A DNA stretch of 63,517 nucleotides, counting the filler, from Archaeoglobus sp. JdFR-37 (GTDB lineage Archaea > Halobacteriota > Archaeoglobi > Archaeoglobales > Archaeoglobaceae), in NCBI GenBank assembly GCA_002010215.1. It is 3 parts of 3 records of this genome, joined end to end, with 100 filler letters (N's around TTAATTAATTAA, not from the genome) between each part and the next. Parts side by side here need not be neighbours in the genome. Positions count along the whole stretch, not along the records: positions 1 to 27,058 come from MTMY01000015.1; 2 more parts are not named here. One strand, given 5' to 3'. The position numbers and the translations under genes were made by a program. The notes below the pieces were generated by a model. The model was not told the DNA's origin, did no database searches, and saw nothing but the letters and a program-made list of their open reading frames with translations. Below are positions 1 to 10,216 of the stretch, piece after piece. Numbering within the stretch: the stretch's first letter is position 1; every line of letters begins with the position of its first letter.

Positions 1-20
1 TACAGATATCCTCAAGTTAG

Positions 21-632
21 TTATTCCCCTGCCGAATCCGTCGACCAGCATAATTCATCAGCTCTTTTCAAATCCTCAGGAGTGTTGATGTTGAAGAATG
101 AAATGAGCTTTTCATCCACATCTCTGAGTTTTTCGATGCTGTAAAATATTACCTTTTCGAGCCGCATTATTGGAGCAAGAACCTTCGTCTCACCCCTCTC
201 CAGGCTCCTCTCAATCTCAGGCAGGGTTGTTGCAGAATAGACTGCTAGCAGCGGCTCCATTTTTCCACATCCCCATACAGGGATCAAGGCATCAGCTTTA
301 TTCCTAGCTCTTTCCTTCCATAGCTTTAAAGCAACATTTCTACGCAAAAAAGGCATATCTGCAGCCACAATAAGTGTTGAATCTCCAAAATGCTTCAGAG
401 CAGCATGAATTCCGGCAAGAGGGCCCATGCCCCTGAATTCATCAACAATGACGTTTTCCCAATCTTCGTATTTCCCAGACTGCTCCTCATCTCTGCAAAC
501 AATAACGGTGTTGAAGTCTTCAAGAGAGCCGAGAATTCTTTCCACAACAGTTTTTCCGCAAATAACAAGCTTACCTTTCTCTACACCACCCAATCTCCTT
601 CCAGCTCCGCCAACTAATATGGCTGCATTCAC
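21..632 (-). CDS. mobA: Molybdenum cofactor guanylyltransferase
   Basis: ILVGGAGRRLGGVEKG N-terminus, GPLAGI, ADMPF and FFNINTPEDL motifs; GTG start. Confidence 0.9.
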   Translation of the reverse strand: MNAAILVGGAGRRLGGVEKGKLVICGKTVVERILGSLEDFNTVIVCRDEEQSGKYEDWENVIVDEFRGMGPLAGIHAALKHFGDSTLIVAADMPFLRRNVALKLWKERARNKADALIPVWGCGKMEPLLAVYSATTLPEIERSLERGETKVLAPIMRLEKVIFYSIEKLRDVDEKLISFFNINTPEDLKRADELCWSTDSAGE

Positions 633-683
633 TGGTTTGGGGTAAAACAGTTATGTATTTAACACCTCTGCAAAGTTTCAGCT

Positions 684-1796
684 ATGCTCAATGAACTGGA
701 AGAGTTCAGAAGAAAAGACATTCCCTATTCAAGGGTTCTCAGTTCCATGTGTACAACACCCCATCCAGTTGCAGTTGAGGCCCACAGGCTTTTTCTTGAA
801 ACGAATTTAGGCGATCCGGGCATATTCAGAGGCACTTGGGAGCTTGAGGAAAAGCTGATGAGGCTGCTTGGCGAGATGCTGCACAACGAAAATGCCGCTG
901 GCTATATATGTTCTGGGGGGACTGAGGCCAATATACAGGGGATAAGGGCAGCTAGAAATGTCATGAGACAGAAGAAAGGAGTTCAGAAATCAAACATTGT
1001 CATTCCAGAATCAGCCCACTTCAGCTTTGAGAAGATAGGAGATATACTGGGCGTTGAGATCAGAAGAGCGGGGCTGGATGAAGATTACAGGGTTGATGTG
1101 GGTGCTGTTGAGGAGCTTGTGGACAACAATACCGTTGCATTGGTGGGAATTGCTGGCACCACAGAGCTGGGACAGATAGACCCCATAAAGGAGCTTTCAG
1201 ACCTTGCTGTTGAGAGGGGTATCGAACTCCACATCGACGCCGCCTTTGGCGGCCTCGTACTACCCTTCATGGATGACGCTCCTGACTTCGACTTCAAGCT
1301 TGATGGAGTTTCGTCAATAACCATCGACCCCCACAAGATGGGAATGGCCACAATTCCTGCTGGAGGTATCCTTTTCAGGGACGGAAGCTACCTGAGAGCC
1401 CTTGAGGTGGAAACACCATACCTCACGTCCAAGAGCCAGTACACGCTAACGGGCACCCGGCCAGGCACCGGAGTTGCTTCTGCTTACGCTGTACTCCGCC
1501 ATCTGGGATACGATGGTATGAAGAAAGTTGTAGAGAAATGCATGGACATGACAACCTTGCTTGTGGAAGAGATGAGAAGTCTGGGCTTTGAGCCAGTTAT
1601 AGAGCCCATAATGAACGTCGTTGCCTTCAGGACAGATAAAGCGGAGAAAATAAAGGATGAGCTTTACAGAAGAGACTGGGTGATCTCTACTATAAGGAAA
1701 CCAAAGGCAATAAGGATGGTAATCATGCCCCATGTCAACGAGGAAGTAATCTCAGGCTTCATCCAAACACTCAGAGAGGTAATCAGAGCAGTTTGA
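684..1796 (+). CDS. mfnA: PLP-dependent L-tyrosine/L-aspartate decarboxylase (methanofuran/CoA precursor synthesis)
   Basis: LSSMCTTPHP, TNLGDPGIF, SGGTEAN, HIDAAFGG and IDPHK (PLP lysine) motifs. Confidence 0.9.
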   Translation: MLNELEEFRRKDIPYSRVLSSMCTTPHPVAVEAHRLFLETNLGDPGIFRGTWELEEKLMRLLGEMLHNENAAGYICSGGTEANIQGIRAARNVMRQKKGVQKSNIVIPESAHFSFEKIGDILGVEIRRAGLDEDYRVDVGAVEELVDNNTVALVGIAGTTELGQIDPIKELSDLAVERGIELHIDAAFGGLVLPFMDDAPDFDFKLDGVSSITIDPHKMGMATIPAGGILFRDGSYLRALEVETPYLTSKSQYTLTGTRPGTGVASAYAVLRHLGYDGMKKVVEKCMDMTTLLVEEMRSLGFEPVIEPIMNVVAFRTDKAEKIKDELYRRDWVISTIRKPKAIRMVIMPHVNEEVISGFIQTLREVIRAV

Positions 1797-1942
1797 GAGT
1801 GAGAGATAACATAGATATTACTCTCAAATATTTCCTTTCCCATCACTCTGCTACTTTTTACCACCCTATCGTCTTCTGATACCTATTTAAGCCAACAAAT
1901 TAACTGGCAAAAATTAAAATTCTGAGCTGTCAAAGATGCTCC

Positions 1943-3631
1943 ATGAAATTCAAAACTCTTTTGAGTGTTGAAGAGGCAAAAAACATCATTTCAGAGCTTA
2001 AATTCAACGTCAGAGTTGTTGAACTTCCCGTTTATGAGGCTGTAGGAAAATATTCTGCTGAAGACGTTTATGCTCCCATTGACCTACCTCCTTTTCCACG
2101 CTCTATCCGGGACGGTTTTGCAGTCAGAAGCCAGGACATCATTGAGGCAGATGAGAGGAATCCGGTCACTCTTAAGGTTAAAGGAGTTATTGAAGCTGGA
2201 CAGGTTCCCGACATCGAGATCAGATATGGTGAATGCCTGGAGATTGCCACCGGAGCAGTTATGCCTTCTGGCAGCGATGCTGTGGTGATGATTGAGTACA
2301 CTGAAAGGAAAGGAGATGAGGTGCTCATCAAACGAGCGGTGAGAAACGGGGAGAACGTGATGGATAGAGCTTCCGACATCGCCATAGGGCAACGAGTCAT
2401 CAGAAAAGGTGAAAGAATCGATTTTACCAAGGTAGGCGTGCTTTCAGCTCTGGGATTCGAAAGCGTTAAGGTTTCCACCCTCCGCATCGGAGTTCTCAGC
2501 ACAGGTGATGAGCTGGTTGAGCCTGGAAACGAGCCATCTTTTGGAAAGATATACGATGTGAATAGCAACGCCATTGCAGCATACCTGAAATCATCAGGTT
2601 TTGATGTTGTGAAATACGGGATAGTGGGAGACGATGAGGAAGAGATGTGCAACGCTGTGCGGAAGGCTGTGCAGGAGTGCGATGCGGTGATAACATCTGG
2701 CTCTACTTCAATGGGTCAGAAGGACTTGCTGCCGAGGATTGTAGGTCAGGAGGGCCGGATAGTCTTCCACGGTGTAAAGGTTAAGCCTGGAAAGCCTTTT
2801 CTGGTAGCTGAAATCTCTGGAAAGCCCTTCTTCGGCCTGCCGGGTTTCCCGGTTTCAGCTCTGACGATCCTCCACGAATTCGTCTTTCCTGCCCTCCTGA
2901 GAGCTGTTAATGGTAGACTCAACATAAAGAAGATGAAGGGGAGACTGGCCAAGAGGTATGTTGGCGAGGGGCGGCACGAGTTCGTACCGGTGTTTGTGGT
3001 GAAAGATAAAATCTTCCCCATAGAAAAGGGAAGCGGAGCCATAACAGCTCTTTCCGATGCCTGCGGGTACATGGAAGTGAAAAGTGGTGAGGAGGTTCTT
3101 GAGAGGGGTGAGGAGAGGGAAGTTACCCTCTTTAAAGATTATTCCTACAGCCTCATAGCTGGAGGAATAGATTTGTTTGAGCTCGTTGATGCAGATGATA
3201 TCAAAATGGTGCCAATGCCAGCAGCAAGAGCAAGAGCGGAATTCATGAAAGGTGCTCTGGATGTGGCGGTGATGCTGAAAGATGGAAATGACTTGGCTTA
3301 CGGAGTTGCTGGCAGCAGGGGCGGAAAAGGAAATAAGGGAAAGCTAGGAGGCTGGCAGAATGGTTACGGGCTTCCAGAGGGTGATGTGAGCTGCAGCAGC
3401 CATCTCCAGCTTTACTATCTGCTTAAAACCGGAGCGATAGACGGTTTTTACTGTCTTGAACCTTTTGCCAGACTCTTCAGGTTACCATTTACAGAATTGG
3501 GACGGGTGGGTGTGGAAATACTCAGCAATGAAGAGGGCCAGTACTTTGCCGGGAAATTGAGAGAGCTTCTTTCCTCTAAGGAGGACGTGGGCAGCAGCAA
3601 TCAAAGCAATGAAGGCAATGAGCGGAAGTAA
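1943..3631 (+). CDS. moeA: Molybdopterin molybdotransferase MoeA with a C-terminal extension (short, divergent version of the binding-protein-like domain seen in archaeal MoeA fusions)
   Basis: PPFPRSIRDGFAV, IATGAVMPSGSDAVVMIE, STGDEL, KPGKP and GLPGFPVS motifs; about 160 extra C-terminal residues. Confidence 0.85.
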   Translation: MKFKTLLSVEEAKNIISELKFNVRVVELPVYEAVGKYSAEDVYAPIDLPPFPRSIRDGFAVRSQDIIEADERNPVTLKVKGVIEAGQVPDIEIRYGECLEIATGAVMPSGSDAVVMIEYTERKGDEVLIKRAVRNGENVMDRASDIAIGQRVIRKGERIDFTKVGVLSALGFESVKVSTLRIGVLSTGDELVEPGNEPSFGKIYDVNSNAIAAYLKSSGFDVVKYGIVGDDEEEMCNAVRKAVQECDAVITSGSTSMGQKDLLPRIVGQEGRIVFHGVKVKPGKPFLVAEISGKPFFGLPGFPVSALTILHEFVFPALLRAVNGRLNIKKMKGRLAKRYVGEGRHEFVPVFVVKDKIFPIEKGSGAITALSDACGYMEVKSGEEVLERGEEREVTLFKDYSYSLIAGGIDLFELVDADDIKMVPMPAARARAEFMKGALDVAVMLKDGNDLAYGVAGSRGGKGNKGKLGGWQNGYGLPEGDVSCSSHLQLYYLLKTGAIDGFYCLEPFARLFRLPFTELGRVGVEILSNEEGQYFAGKLRELLSSKEDVGSSNQSNEGNERK

Positions 3632-4136
3632 AGGGGGTTTCCGTTTTCTTTTCCCTTCAACATAGCCAGCATCCTTCCTGATAATCCCCGCCACGAAGTC
3701 CGAAACCTCTTGGGAGTTAATCTCGAACGCTGCTGAAGTTGACCCAGCCTCCATACCTGAAATCCCACTCTTTTCAGTCCTGAAATATATCAAACCCTAC
3801 ATCTCTGTAAAAAGAAGTGTAATCGAAGATATCCACCAGTCTGCCGTTTTCGTAAAGCCTCATTTCCTCTCTGGAGTTAGAGAGAACAAATTTCTTTCCG
3901 AAAGGGATTGATTCAATCCCGTAGCCTTTTGAATAGCACAGGGTCTTTTGCAGCGTAATAGATGCCAGATGTGTTGAAGTTCACATATCCCTCGCCATCC
4001 GTTAAGTAGGCCGATGAATTAACCCTCACCTTCACGTATTCCAATCTTTCGTCAAAGGGATTGGGATAAACCTCAAGAATCTCAGCAGATACTAAAAAAA
4101 GGTTGGAGTGATGGAGAGAAGCGGGAGATATTTCAG
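3560..4136 (-). pseudogene. Frameshifted, internally deleted remnant of a membrane-anchored lamin-tail-domain protein (possibly LTD + phospholipase D type)
   Basis: Manual translation gives fragments in shifting frames: SAEILEVYPNPFDERLEYVKV..LTDGEG / FVLSNSREEMRLYENGRLVDIFDY / EWDFRYGGW / AFEINSQEVSDFVAGIIRKD..LLPLIAFIALIAAAHVLL. Confidence 0.55.
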
Positions 4137-4137
4137 A

Positions 4138-5061
4138 CTAAAGAGAGGCCACCTCATTCCTCAGTTCACCGATGGTGGCAACTCTTTCAGCCACAACATC
4201 ATGCTGGTGTATGCTCTCCTCATTCACCTGCCTGAAAACCACCGCAACATCGTCTGGAGCTTCAGGGAATATTTCAAGGGTGGCTTTGGCCATTAGCCTC
4301 ACGCTATCCTCAACGAACCTCGGATTCATATGAGCATTCTCAACAACCATAAGCTCGTCCTCTCTTTTAAGTATCTCGTAGATCTCACCGCTCATAGCTG
4401 CTCTTGCTATCTTCATCAGCTCATCTATGCTGGCTGTAAAGTCATCTCTCACCTCTATCTTGACCATCGCCCTTCCGCGCTGGTTGTGGGAGGCTATTGG
4501 GACCACCTCTAAAATCCTCGGAATGCTTTCAGCATCAATTCCCATCTCTTCCAGCCTTTTTGCCGTCTCAGACCTCACAAGCTCCTGGGCACAGGGACAG
4601 ACAGTAATGCCTGCAACCTCTACGCCAATAAACACCTTTTTACTCCCGTTTCTCCATCTCAAAGCATCACTGAAAATCTTAACCACTTCCTGAGTCTTCA
4701 AACTTGAAGATGGTGATCTCTTCCGCATTATGAGCTCACTCACCATATTGACCTCTGCTCTCGTAGCGTATTCGTGCCTCAAAAGCAGTTCATCGGCTAT
4801 GGCAACCGTTAGATCCTCTATTCTTTTCACTGGCTTTGCTGTTAACCTCTCAATGACCTCATCTACCGCCTCAAAATTTCTGCTCAGATTTGCACCCTTT
4901 CTGCTGGACGGAAGGTCAACATAGACGTTGAAAGATGATATAAGGATGATGGGCCTTTTCCCTTCTCTTTCAACCTGGACAAGCTTCTTTATACCTGTGG
5001 CTCCCACTCTGCTAAGTCCTATGGGCACTTCAGGCTTCAAAAGTTGAACATCTGGAAGCAT
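4138..5061 (-). CDS. mptA: GTP cyclohydrolase IV (FolE2/MptA family; methanopterin biosynthesis)
   Basis: LPDVQ, GANLSR, TVCPCA, SHNQRG, NPRFVED and EESIHQHD motifs; start moved to ATG 5061, about 25 nt from the TTATAAAG box. Confidence 0.9.
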   Translation of the reverse strand: MLPDVQLLKPEVPIGLSRVGATGIKKLVQVEREGKRPIILISSFNVYVDLPSSRKGANLSRNFEAVDEVIERLTAKPVKRIEDLTVAIADELLLRHEYATRAEVNMVSELIMRKRSPSSSLKTQEVVKIFSDALRWRNGSKKVFIGVEVAGITVCPCAQELVRSETAKRLEEMGIDAESIPRILEVVPIASHNQRGRAMVKIEVRDDFTASIDELMKIARAAMSGEIYEILKREDELMVVENAHMNPRFVEDSVRLMAKATLEIFPEAPDDVAVVFRQVNEESIHQHDVVAERVATIGELRNEVASL

Positions 5062-5103
5062 CAAATAGAGTTGCCCCACCCCTTTATAAGCATAGCTGAA
5101 TTT

Positions 5104-5613
5104 TCACTTCTGTCGTAACTTCTTTAGGATTTCTCTGCAGAACGCTGGTAAATCATCAGGCATCCTTGAAGTGATTATGTTGTCATCCACCACCACTTCT
5201 GCATCCTCGTATATCCCACCGGCGGCGATAATATCGTCTCGTATTCCAATCCAGGATGTCATTCTTCTTCCTTTAACAATTCCAGCAGAGATTAGTAGCT
5301 GAGGGCCATGACATATGGCCGCAACAACCTTACCTGATTCCAGAAAACTCTTCACAATATTTACCGCCTGAGAATTAACTCGTACTCTCTCAGGAGACCT
5401 TCCACCTGGTATGACCAGAGTATCATATTTTGCTGCATCAACACCGGTATAATTTCTATCCGGCTTAACATAATAGCCATGCTTCCCCTTCTTTTCCGAT
5501 GTGCTGGAAGATGCAACCTCTGCTGAATGCCCTTCCTCTATGAGCCGGTAGAATGGATAGAAGAATTCTAGATCCTCAAACTCATCCTCCAACAAAAAGA
5601 GGATTTTGGCCAT
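5104..5613 (-). CDS. pfpI: PfpI/DJ-1 family protease/deglycase
   Basis: FEDLE, IPGGRSPE, AAICHGPQLL (nucleophile Cys) and TSRMPDDLPAF. Confidence 0.88.
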   Translation of the reverse strand: MAKILFLLEDEFEDLEFFYPFYRLIEEGHSAEVASSSTSEKKGKHGYYVKPDRNYTGVDAAKYDTLVIPGGRSPERVRVNSQAVNIVKSFLESGKVVAAICHGPQLLISAGIVKGRRMTSWIGIRDDIIAAGGIYEDAEVVVDDNIITSRMPDDLPAFCREILKKLRQK

Positions 5614-5659
5614 AAAACACCATCAGAAGTGTTACATATAATGATTTCTTACTGAAAAT

Positions 5660-6121
5660 ATGGAAATTAAGGATTCAGAGAAGCTTGTCAGAATCGAAAA
5701 ACTCCTAGAAGATGGTGAAGTAGAGGAGGCTCTTGAGGCTGCAATGGAGCTTGAAGCTCGCACCAGAGATCTGGCACTGCTGATGCTGGTGGAATGGGGC
5801 TATAACTGCGCTGAAGACATAGAAAATGAGTATTACAGGAACGTTGCAATGGCAATTCTGTATGAAAGAGGCGAGACAGGAGAAAATGATGTAAAAGACG
5901 TAAGAATCAAAAGCGCTGCCATGAAAAGAGTTGCAGTGAGGGACTGCGATGTAAGCGTGGCAGCAAGAATTCCTGTACCATACTACCGGGCTCTGGCATT
6001 CATGGAGATTTCAAAGAGAACCGGAAAGGATTTCGGAAAGCAGATTGAAAGTGCCATAAACATGGTGGAGAACCCGTATTTGAGGAAGTGGATTGAAAGA
6101 AGATTTAAAGGGAGATTATAG
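5660..6121 (+). CDS. Hypothetical helical-repeat protein
   Basis: 153-aa ORF with typical composition; repeated I-x-x-x-YYR-x-x-A pattern. Confidence 0.6.
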   Translation: MEIKDSEKLVRIEKLLEDGEVEEALEAAMELEARTRDLALLMLVEWGYNCAEDIENEYYRNVAMAILYERGETGENDVKDVRIKSAAMKRVAVRDCDVSVAARIPVPYYRALAFMEISKRTGKDFGKQIESAINMVENPYLRKWIERRFKGRL

Positions 6122-6137
6122 GGAGAGGATTATATAA

Positions 6138-6620
6138 CTACAGGCTGTTTATCGTTTCCTTCAGAATCTTAAAGGTTTCTTCCACCGCTTCTGGTATCAC
6201 TTTCACGTCAGCCAGTACCGGCATGAAATTCGTATCCCCGTTCCATCTCGGGACGATGTGGAGGTGGATGTGGTCTTCTATGCCCGCTCCAGCAACCCTT
6301 CCAATGTTTATCCCCATGTTGAAGCCATCAGGATTCATTGACTTCTTAATGGCCCGCACTGCCAAGGAAGCCAGATTCATTATTTCGTCTATCTCTTCAT
6401 GACTCAGCTCCTCCAGCTGCCCCACATGTCGGTAGGGTGCTATCATGAGATGGCCTGGGTTATAAGGGTAGTTATTCATGATGATGAAGCTTTTTTCGCC
6501 CCGATAAATGATTAGCCTCTCATCATCTCTGTTCTCACTCGGGAAATCACAGAATATGCACCCTTCATATTTTGGTGAGCGTATGTATTCTATTCTCCAC
6601 GGTGCAAATATTCGCTCCAT
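6138..6620 (-). CDS. HIT family hydrolase (Ap4A hydrolase/phosphorylase-like)
   Basis: FAPWR, CIFC, NNYPYNPGH, and HIHLHIVPRWNGD histidine triad. Confidence 0.9.
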   Translation of the reverse strand: MERIFAPWRIEYIRSPKYEGCIFCDFPSENRDDERLIIYRGEKSFIIMNNYPYNPGHLMIAPYRHVGQLEELSHEEIDEIMNLASLAVRAIKKSMNPDGFNMGINIGRVAGAGIEDHIHLHIVPRWNGDTNFMPVLADVKVIPEAVEETFKILKETINSL

Positions 6621-6749
6621 GCAGGATCATTATCCGGGATGATTTTAACATTTCTGCATTGTCCCTTAAAGCTGAAAGACAGAATCCCTCCTCTTGCGTA
6701 AAGACTTTACCGATGAAGTAACATTTAGGTAACAATTAACTGTGGTACC

Positions 6750-7382
6750 ATGTTTGAAGACAGGTTTGAAGATAGACGTGAGGCGGGAAAAAGACTGGCA
6801 AAAATTATACCGGAAGTGGATCTCATAGCCGCCATACCCCGCGGTGGCGTGCCTGTTGCTGTTGAGGTTGCTAAAAGGCTCTCAAAGCCACTTTTTGTTG
6901 TGGGAGTTAGAAAGCTTCCAATCCCCTGGAGTCCTGAAGCAGGATTTGGAGCAATTGACGAAGATGGAAACATACACATCTCTCACCACATTGTATCTCA
7001 CACCAGAATTGATGACATGACGGTCGAAAAAATCGCGGAAGACGTTCTAAAGGAGGTTAAAAGAAGGATTTCTATTTACAGAAAAACGCTTCCTGAAATC
7101 GCTGGAAAAGTTGTGGCAGTCATAGACGATGGGTTTGCAACTGGACTAACAGCGGTTGCAGCAGTGGAATTCGTGAGAGTTAAAGGAGCAGAGGAAGTTA
7201 TAGCTGCCGCTCCATGCTGCTCAATAACTGCCTACGAGATATTGAAAAAACATGCTGACAGAGTTCTGTATCTCATCAAGTCAGACTTGCCAGTTTTTGC
7301 AGTTGCAGAATTTTACAGAGATTTTAGAGATTTGAGTGACAGAGAAGTTATGGAGTTTCTCTCGGAGGTGGAGAGTCATTAG
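6750..7382 (+). CDS. Phosphoribosyltransferase-family protein
   Basis: FEDRREAG, AIPRGGVPV and VIDDGFATG PRPP loop. Confidence 0.85.
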   Translation: MFEDRFEDRREAGKRLAKIIPEVDLIAAIPRGGVPVAVEVAKRLSKPLFVVGVRKLPIPWSPEAGFGAIDEDGNIHISHHIVSHTRIDDMTVEKIAEDVLKEVKRRISIYRKTLPEIAGKVVAVIDDGFATGLTAVAAVEFVRVKGAEEVIAAAPCCSITAYEILKKHADRVLYLIKSDLPVFAVAEFYRDFRDLSDREVMEFLSEVESH

Positions 7383-7908
7383 AAGGATCTACACAATTGG
7401 TCATTCGAACAGAAGCTTGGATGAGTTTTTACGACTAATCTTTAAATACGAGGTAAAAGCTATCGCAGACGTCAGGAGATTTCCATCCTCCAGACATCAG
7501 CATTTCAAGAAGGAGAACCTCAAAGAAATCCTCGCCACTTACGACATAGATTACATATGGATTGAAGCTCTCGGAGGGTACAGGAGACAAATTGTCAAGG
7601 AATCTCCAAATATAGCCATTCAAAGTGAGGGATTCAGAAATTATGCAGATTATATGCTCACAGACGAATTTCTAAAGGCTATAGGGGAGCTGGAGAACAT
7701 CGCCTCTGTGAAAAGAACAGCAATTATGTGTGCTGAGAAATTCTTCTGGAAGTGCCACAGAAAGTTTATCTCAGATTTTCTGGTTGTCAGAGGGTGGAAA
7801 ATACTCCATATTCTTGATGACAAGCTTTTAGAGCATAAATTATCGGAAACGGCTCGAGTTGACAGTGATAAGATTATATATGATAAAATAGCCAATAATA
7901 AACAATAA
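7336..7908 (+). CDS. DUF488 family protein (true start possibly ATT at 7378)
   Basis: IYTIGHSNR, DVRRFPSS, LGGYR and MCAEKFFWKCHR motifs. Confidence 0.85.
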   Translation: MTEKLWSFSRRWRVIRRIYTIGHSNRSLDEFLRLIFKYEVKAIADVRRFPSSRHQHFKKENLKEILATYDIDYIWIEALGGYRRQIVKESPNIAIQSEGFRNYADYMLTDEFLKAIGELENIASVKRTAIMCAEKFFWKCHRKFISDFLVVRGWKILHILDDKLLEHKLSETARVDSDKIIYDKIANNKQ

Positions 7909-8123
7909 CGCACGCTTAATGATCAAGAGATGCATCAAATTCCTTCTGGCAATCATCAACCACATCTCATGAACCAACTATGGCTAGGTTCATCACTGCA
8001 AGCAATAAATCCCTTAAGCAATCAATTTCTCACCCCTTGGAACCTAAAAATTTATATAAGAGAAGTTGCGAAAATTAACGTTAAGGAGATTCGATATCTC
8101 AATTAGTAGGAGGTGGATAGGAT

Positions 8124-8327
8124 ATGGAGTTGCCCCTTGCACCGGTGGAGAGAATTATAAGGAATGCCGGAGCACCTCGTGTAAGTGAAGCTGCAAAAAA
8201 GGCTCTTGCTGAGGCTATTGAAGACTATGCTCTTCAGGTTGGTAAAAAGGCTGTCGAACTTGCAAATCACGCAGGCAGGAAGACAGTTAAGGCTGAAGAC
8301 ATAAAGATGGCAGCCAAAGAGCTTTAA
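8124..8327 (+). CDS. Archaeal histone (HMf/Hpy type)
   Basis: [40 protein letters not shown] and upstream TTTATATA box near 8051. Confidence 0.95.
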   Translation: MELPLAPVERIIRNAGAPRVSEAAKKALAEAIEDYALQVGKKAVELANHAGRKTVKAEDIKMAAKEL

Positions 8328-8573
8328 ATTTTTTATTCCATTTTTCTTGAAGTTTGTTGTCAACAAAACATATCACACGTCTTTTGATTGATCATTCAAC
8401 CATTATAAGTATAGCTTCGTAAGTTTAGCTTTCACCATATTTATTCGCAATTAAAAGATTAAACTTTTCAAGACCTCTAATTCTCCTCTACGCACCATAC
8501 ACAGTCAAACTCTAATCTTCAAAAATCAAAACATTAATATCATCTCTTGTCACACTTTCTCCGGTGGTTTTGA

Positions 8574-9467
8574 ATGAAGGTGAATGGAGTTGAAGTAGAA
8601 GAGACTTTTGCCGAGGCCTTTGATATAAAAATTGCCAGAGTTTTGATTACTGCCTACGACTATGACTGGGCTTATGTAGCGGCAAATGAAGCTACTGGTT
8701 TCGGGACATCAGTCATAATGTGCCCTGCAGAGGCAGGGATTGAAAAGAAAGCATCGCTTGACGAAACACCTGACGGCAGGCCGGGGTACTACATTCAGAT
8801 ATGCCACATGAGCAAAAAAGGGCTGGAGGAGCAGTTACTTGCAAGAATTGGCCAGTGTGTACTTACAGCCCCAACAACAGCAGTTTTCAATGGCCTGCCC
8901 GACGCTGAAGAGAAGTTCGACACTGGCAACAAGCTCAGATTCTTTGCAGATGGCTTTGAGAAGCAGGTAGATGTTGGCGGCAGGAAGATGTGGGCTGTGC
9001 CAATGATGGAAGGTGACTTCCTGATCGAGAACGAGATTGGCTACACAAATGGTATCGCAGGAGGAAACTTCTTCATCATGGCTGAAACCCAACCGTCAGC
9101 CCTTGCAGCTGCAAAAGCTGCGGTTCAGGCTATTGCTGACGTTGAGGGAGTAATTACACCCTTCCCGGGCGGCATAGTGGCATCAGGTTCAAAGGTGGGG
9201 GCGAATAAGTACAAGTTCCTTAGAGCCTCGACCAATGAGAAGTTTGCCCCCAGTATAAGGGATCAGGTGCCTGATACTGCCGTTCCAGAAGGGGTTAAAG
9301 CCATCTATGAGATAGTCATAAACGGAATCTCTATCGACGCAATAAAGGAGGCAACCAAGGTTGGAATAGAGGTTGCTACAAGAATTCCGGGAGTCGTGAA
9401 GATAACTGCCGGAAACTACGGTGGAAAGCTTGGCAAGCACCTGGTTTACCTGAACGAGCTCTTTTAA
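8574..9467 (+). CDS. ftr: Formylmethanofuran:tetrahydromethanopterin formyltransferase
   Basis: VEETFAEAF, TGFGTSVIMCPAEAG, ETPDGRPG and GNYGGKLG. Confidence 0.96.
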   Translation: MKVNGVEVEETFAEAFDIKIARVLITAYDYDWAYVAANEATGFGTSVIMCPAEAGIEKKASLDETPDGRPGYYIQICHMSKKGLEEQLLARIGQCVLTAPTTAVFNGLPDAEEKFDTGNKLRFFADGFEKQVDVGGRKMWAVPMMEGDFLIENEIGYTNGIAGGNFFIMAETQPSALAAAKAAVQAIADVEGVITPFPGGIVASGSKVGANKYKFLRASTNEKFAPSIRDQVPDTAVPEGVKAIYEIVINGISIDAIKEATKVGIEVATRIPGVVKITAGNYGGKLGKHLVYLNELF

Positions 9468-9721
9468 ATTTTTATTTTTGTAGTGAACAATTTTAAATTG
9501 TTTTAATATTTCCACCTACCACCTTATCTCCAAGGTTTCATTGAAGAATCTGGAATACTATTTCCCGATTAATGTCCCGATTAATGCAAAATCAGACTAT
9601 AATAGGATTGAAAGGTTTGTCTATGCTGTTGTTAACGCTGCAATTATAGCATGGTTCAAATCTACTAAAATTGACCAAAATATTTATACCTCTGACCGTA
9701 GGGATTTAATGGAAGACTGAA

Positions 9722-9793
<72 letters not shown>

Positions 9794-9935
9794 TTTGGGG
9801 AGGCTGGAACTCCCTCTTTTTATCACACTGAAGTATTCTCTGAGTTTCAGTTCTGGATACTGCAAACGCGCTTATAAAAAGGCAGATTCTTGATATGCTT
9901 GATATGTTCTTCATTAAATATTCAGGAGATTGAAG

Positions 9936-10133
9936 ATGATCGAATTCAGCTGACATGCTAGGGAAAGAATGGGGTAAAGAAAGGTTACTGAGGATGATGT
10001 CAGAAATGCATTAGTGAATCCAGATGAAACTTTTTACAAATCGAATATTGAAAATTGAAAATCGGATTAAAAGAGGGAGGTGGATTAGGATATGATGGTC
10101 AGACATGATCTTGAGGCTGATGTCCTTTATTAA
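9936..10133 (+). pseudogene. Remnants of a DUF4258-like + DUF2283-like gene pair (putative toxin-antitoxin module)
   Basis: 9936: MIEFS*HARERMG*RKVTEDDVRNALVNPDETFY (two in-frame stops); 10092: MMVRHDLEADVLY* after a GGAGGTG RBS. Confidence 0.55.
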
Positions 10134-10216
10134 ACTGGCTAAACAGGTTAGCTAGGATTTCATTTTTTGCCGTACTTCTGGTGTTTGACAACAAAAAATT
10201 TTTGCAAATTTTAAAC

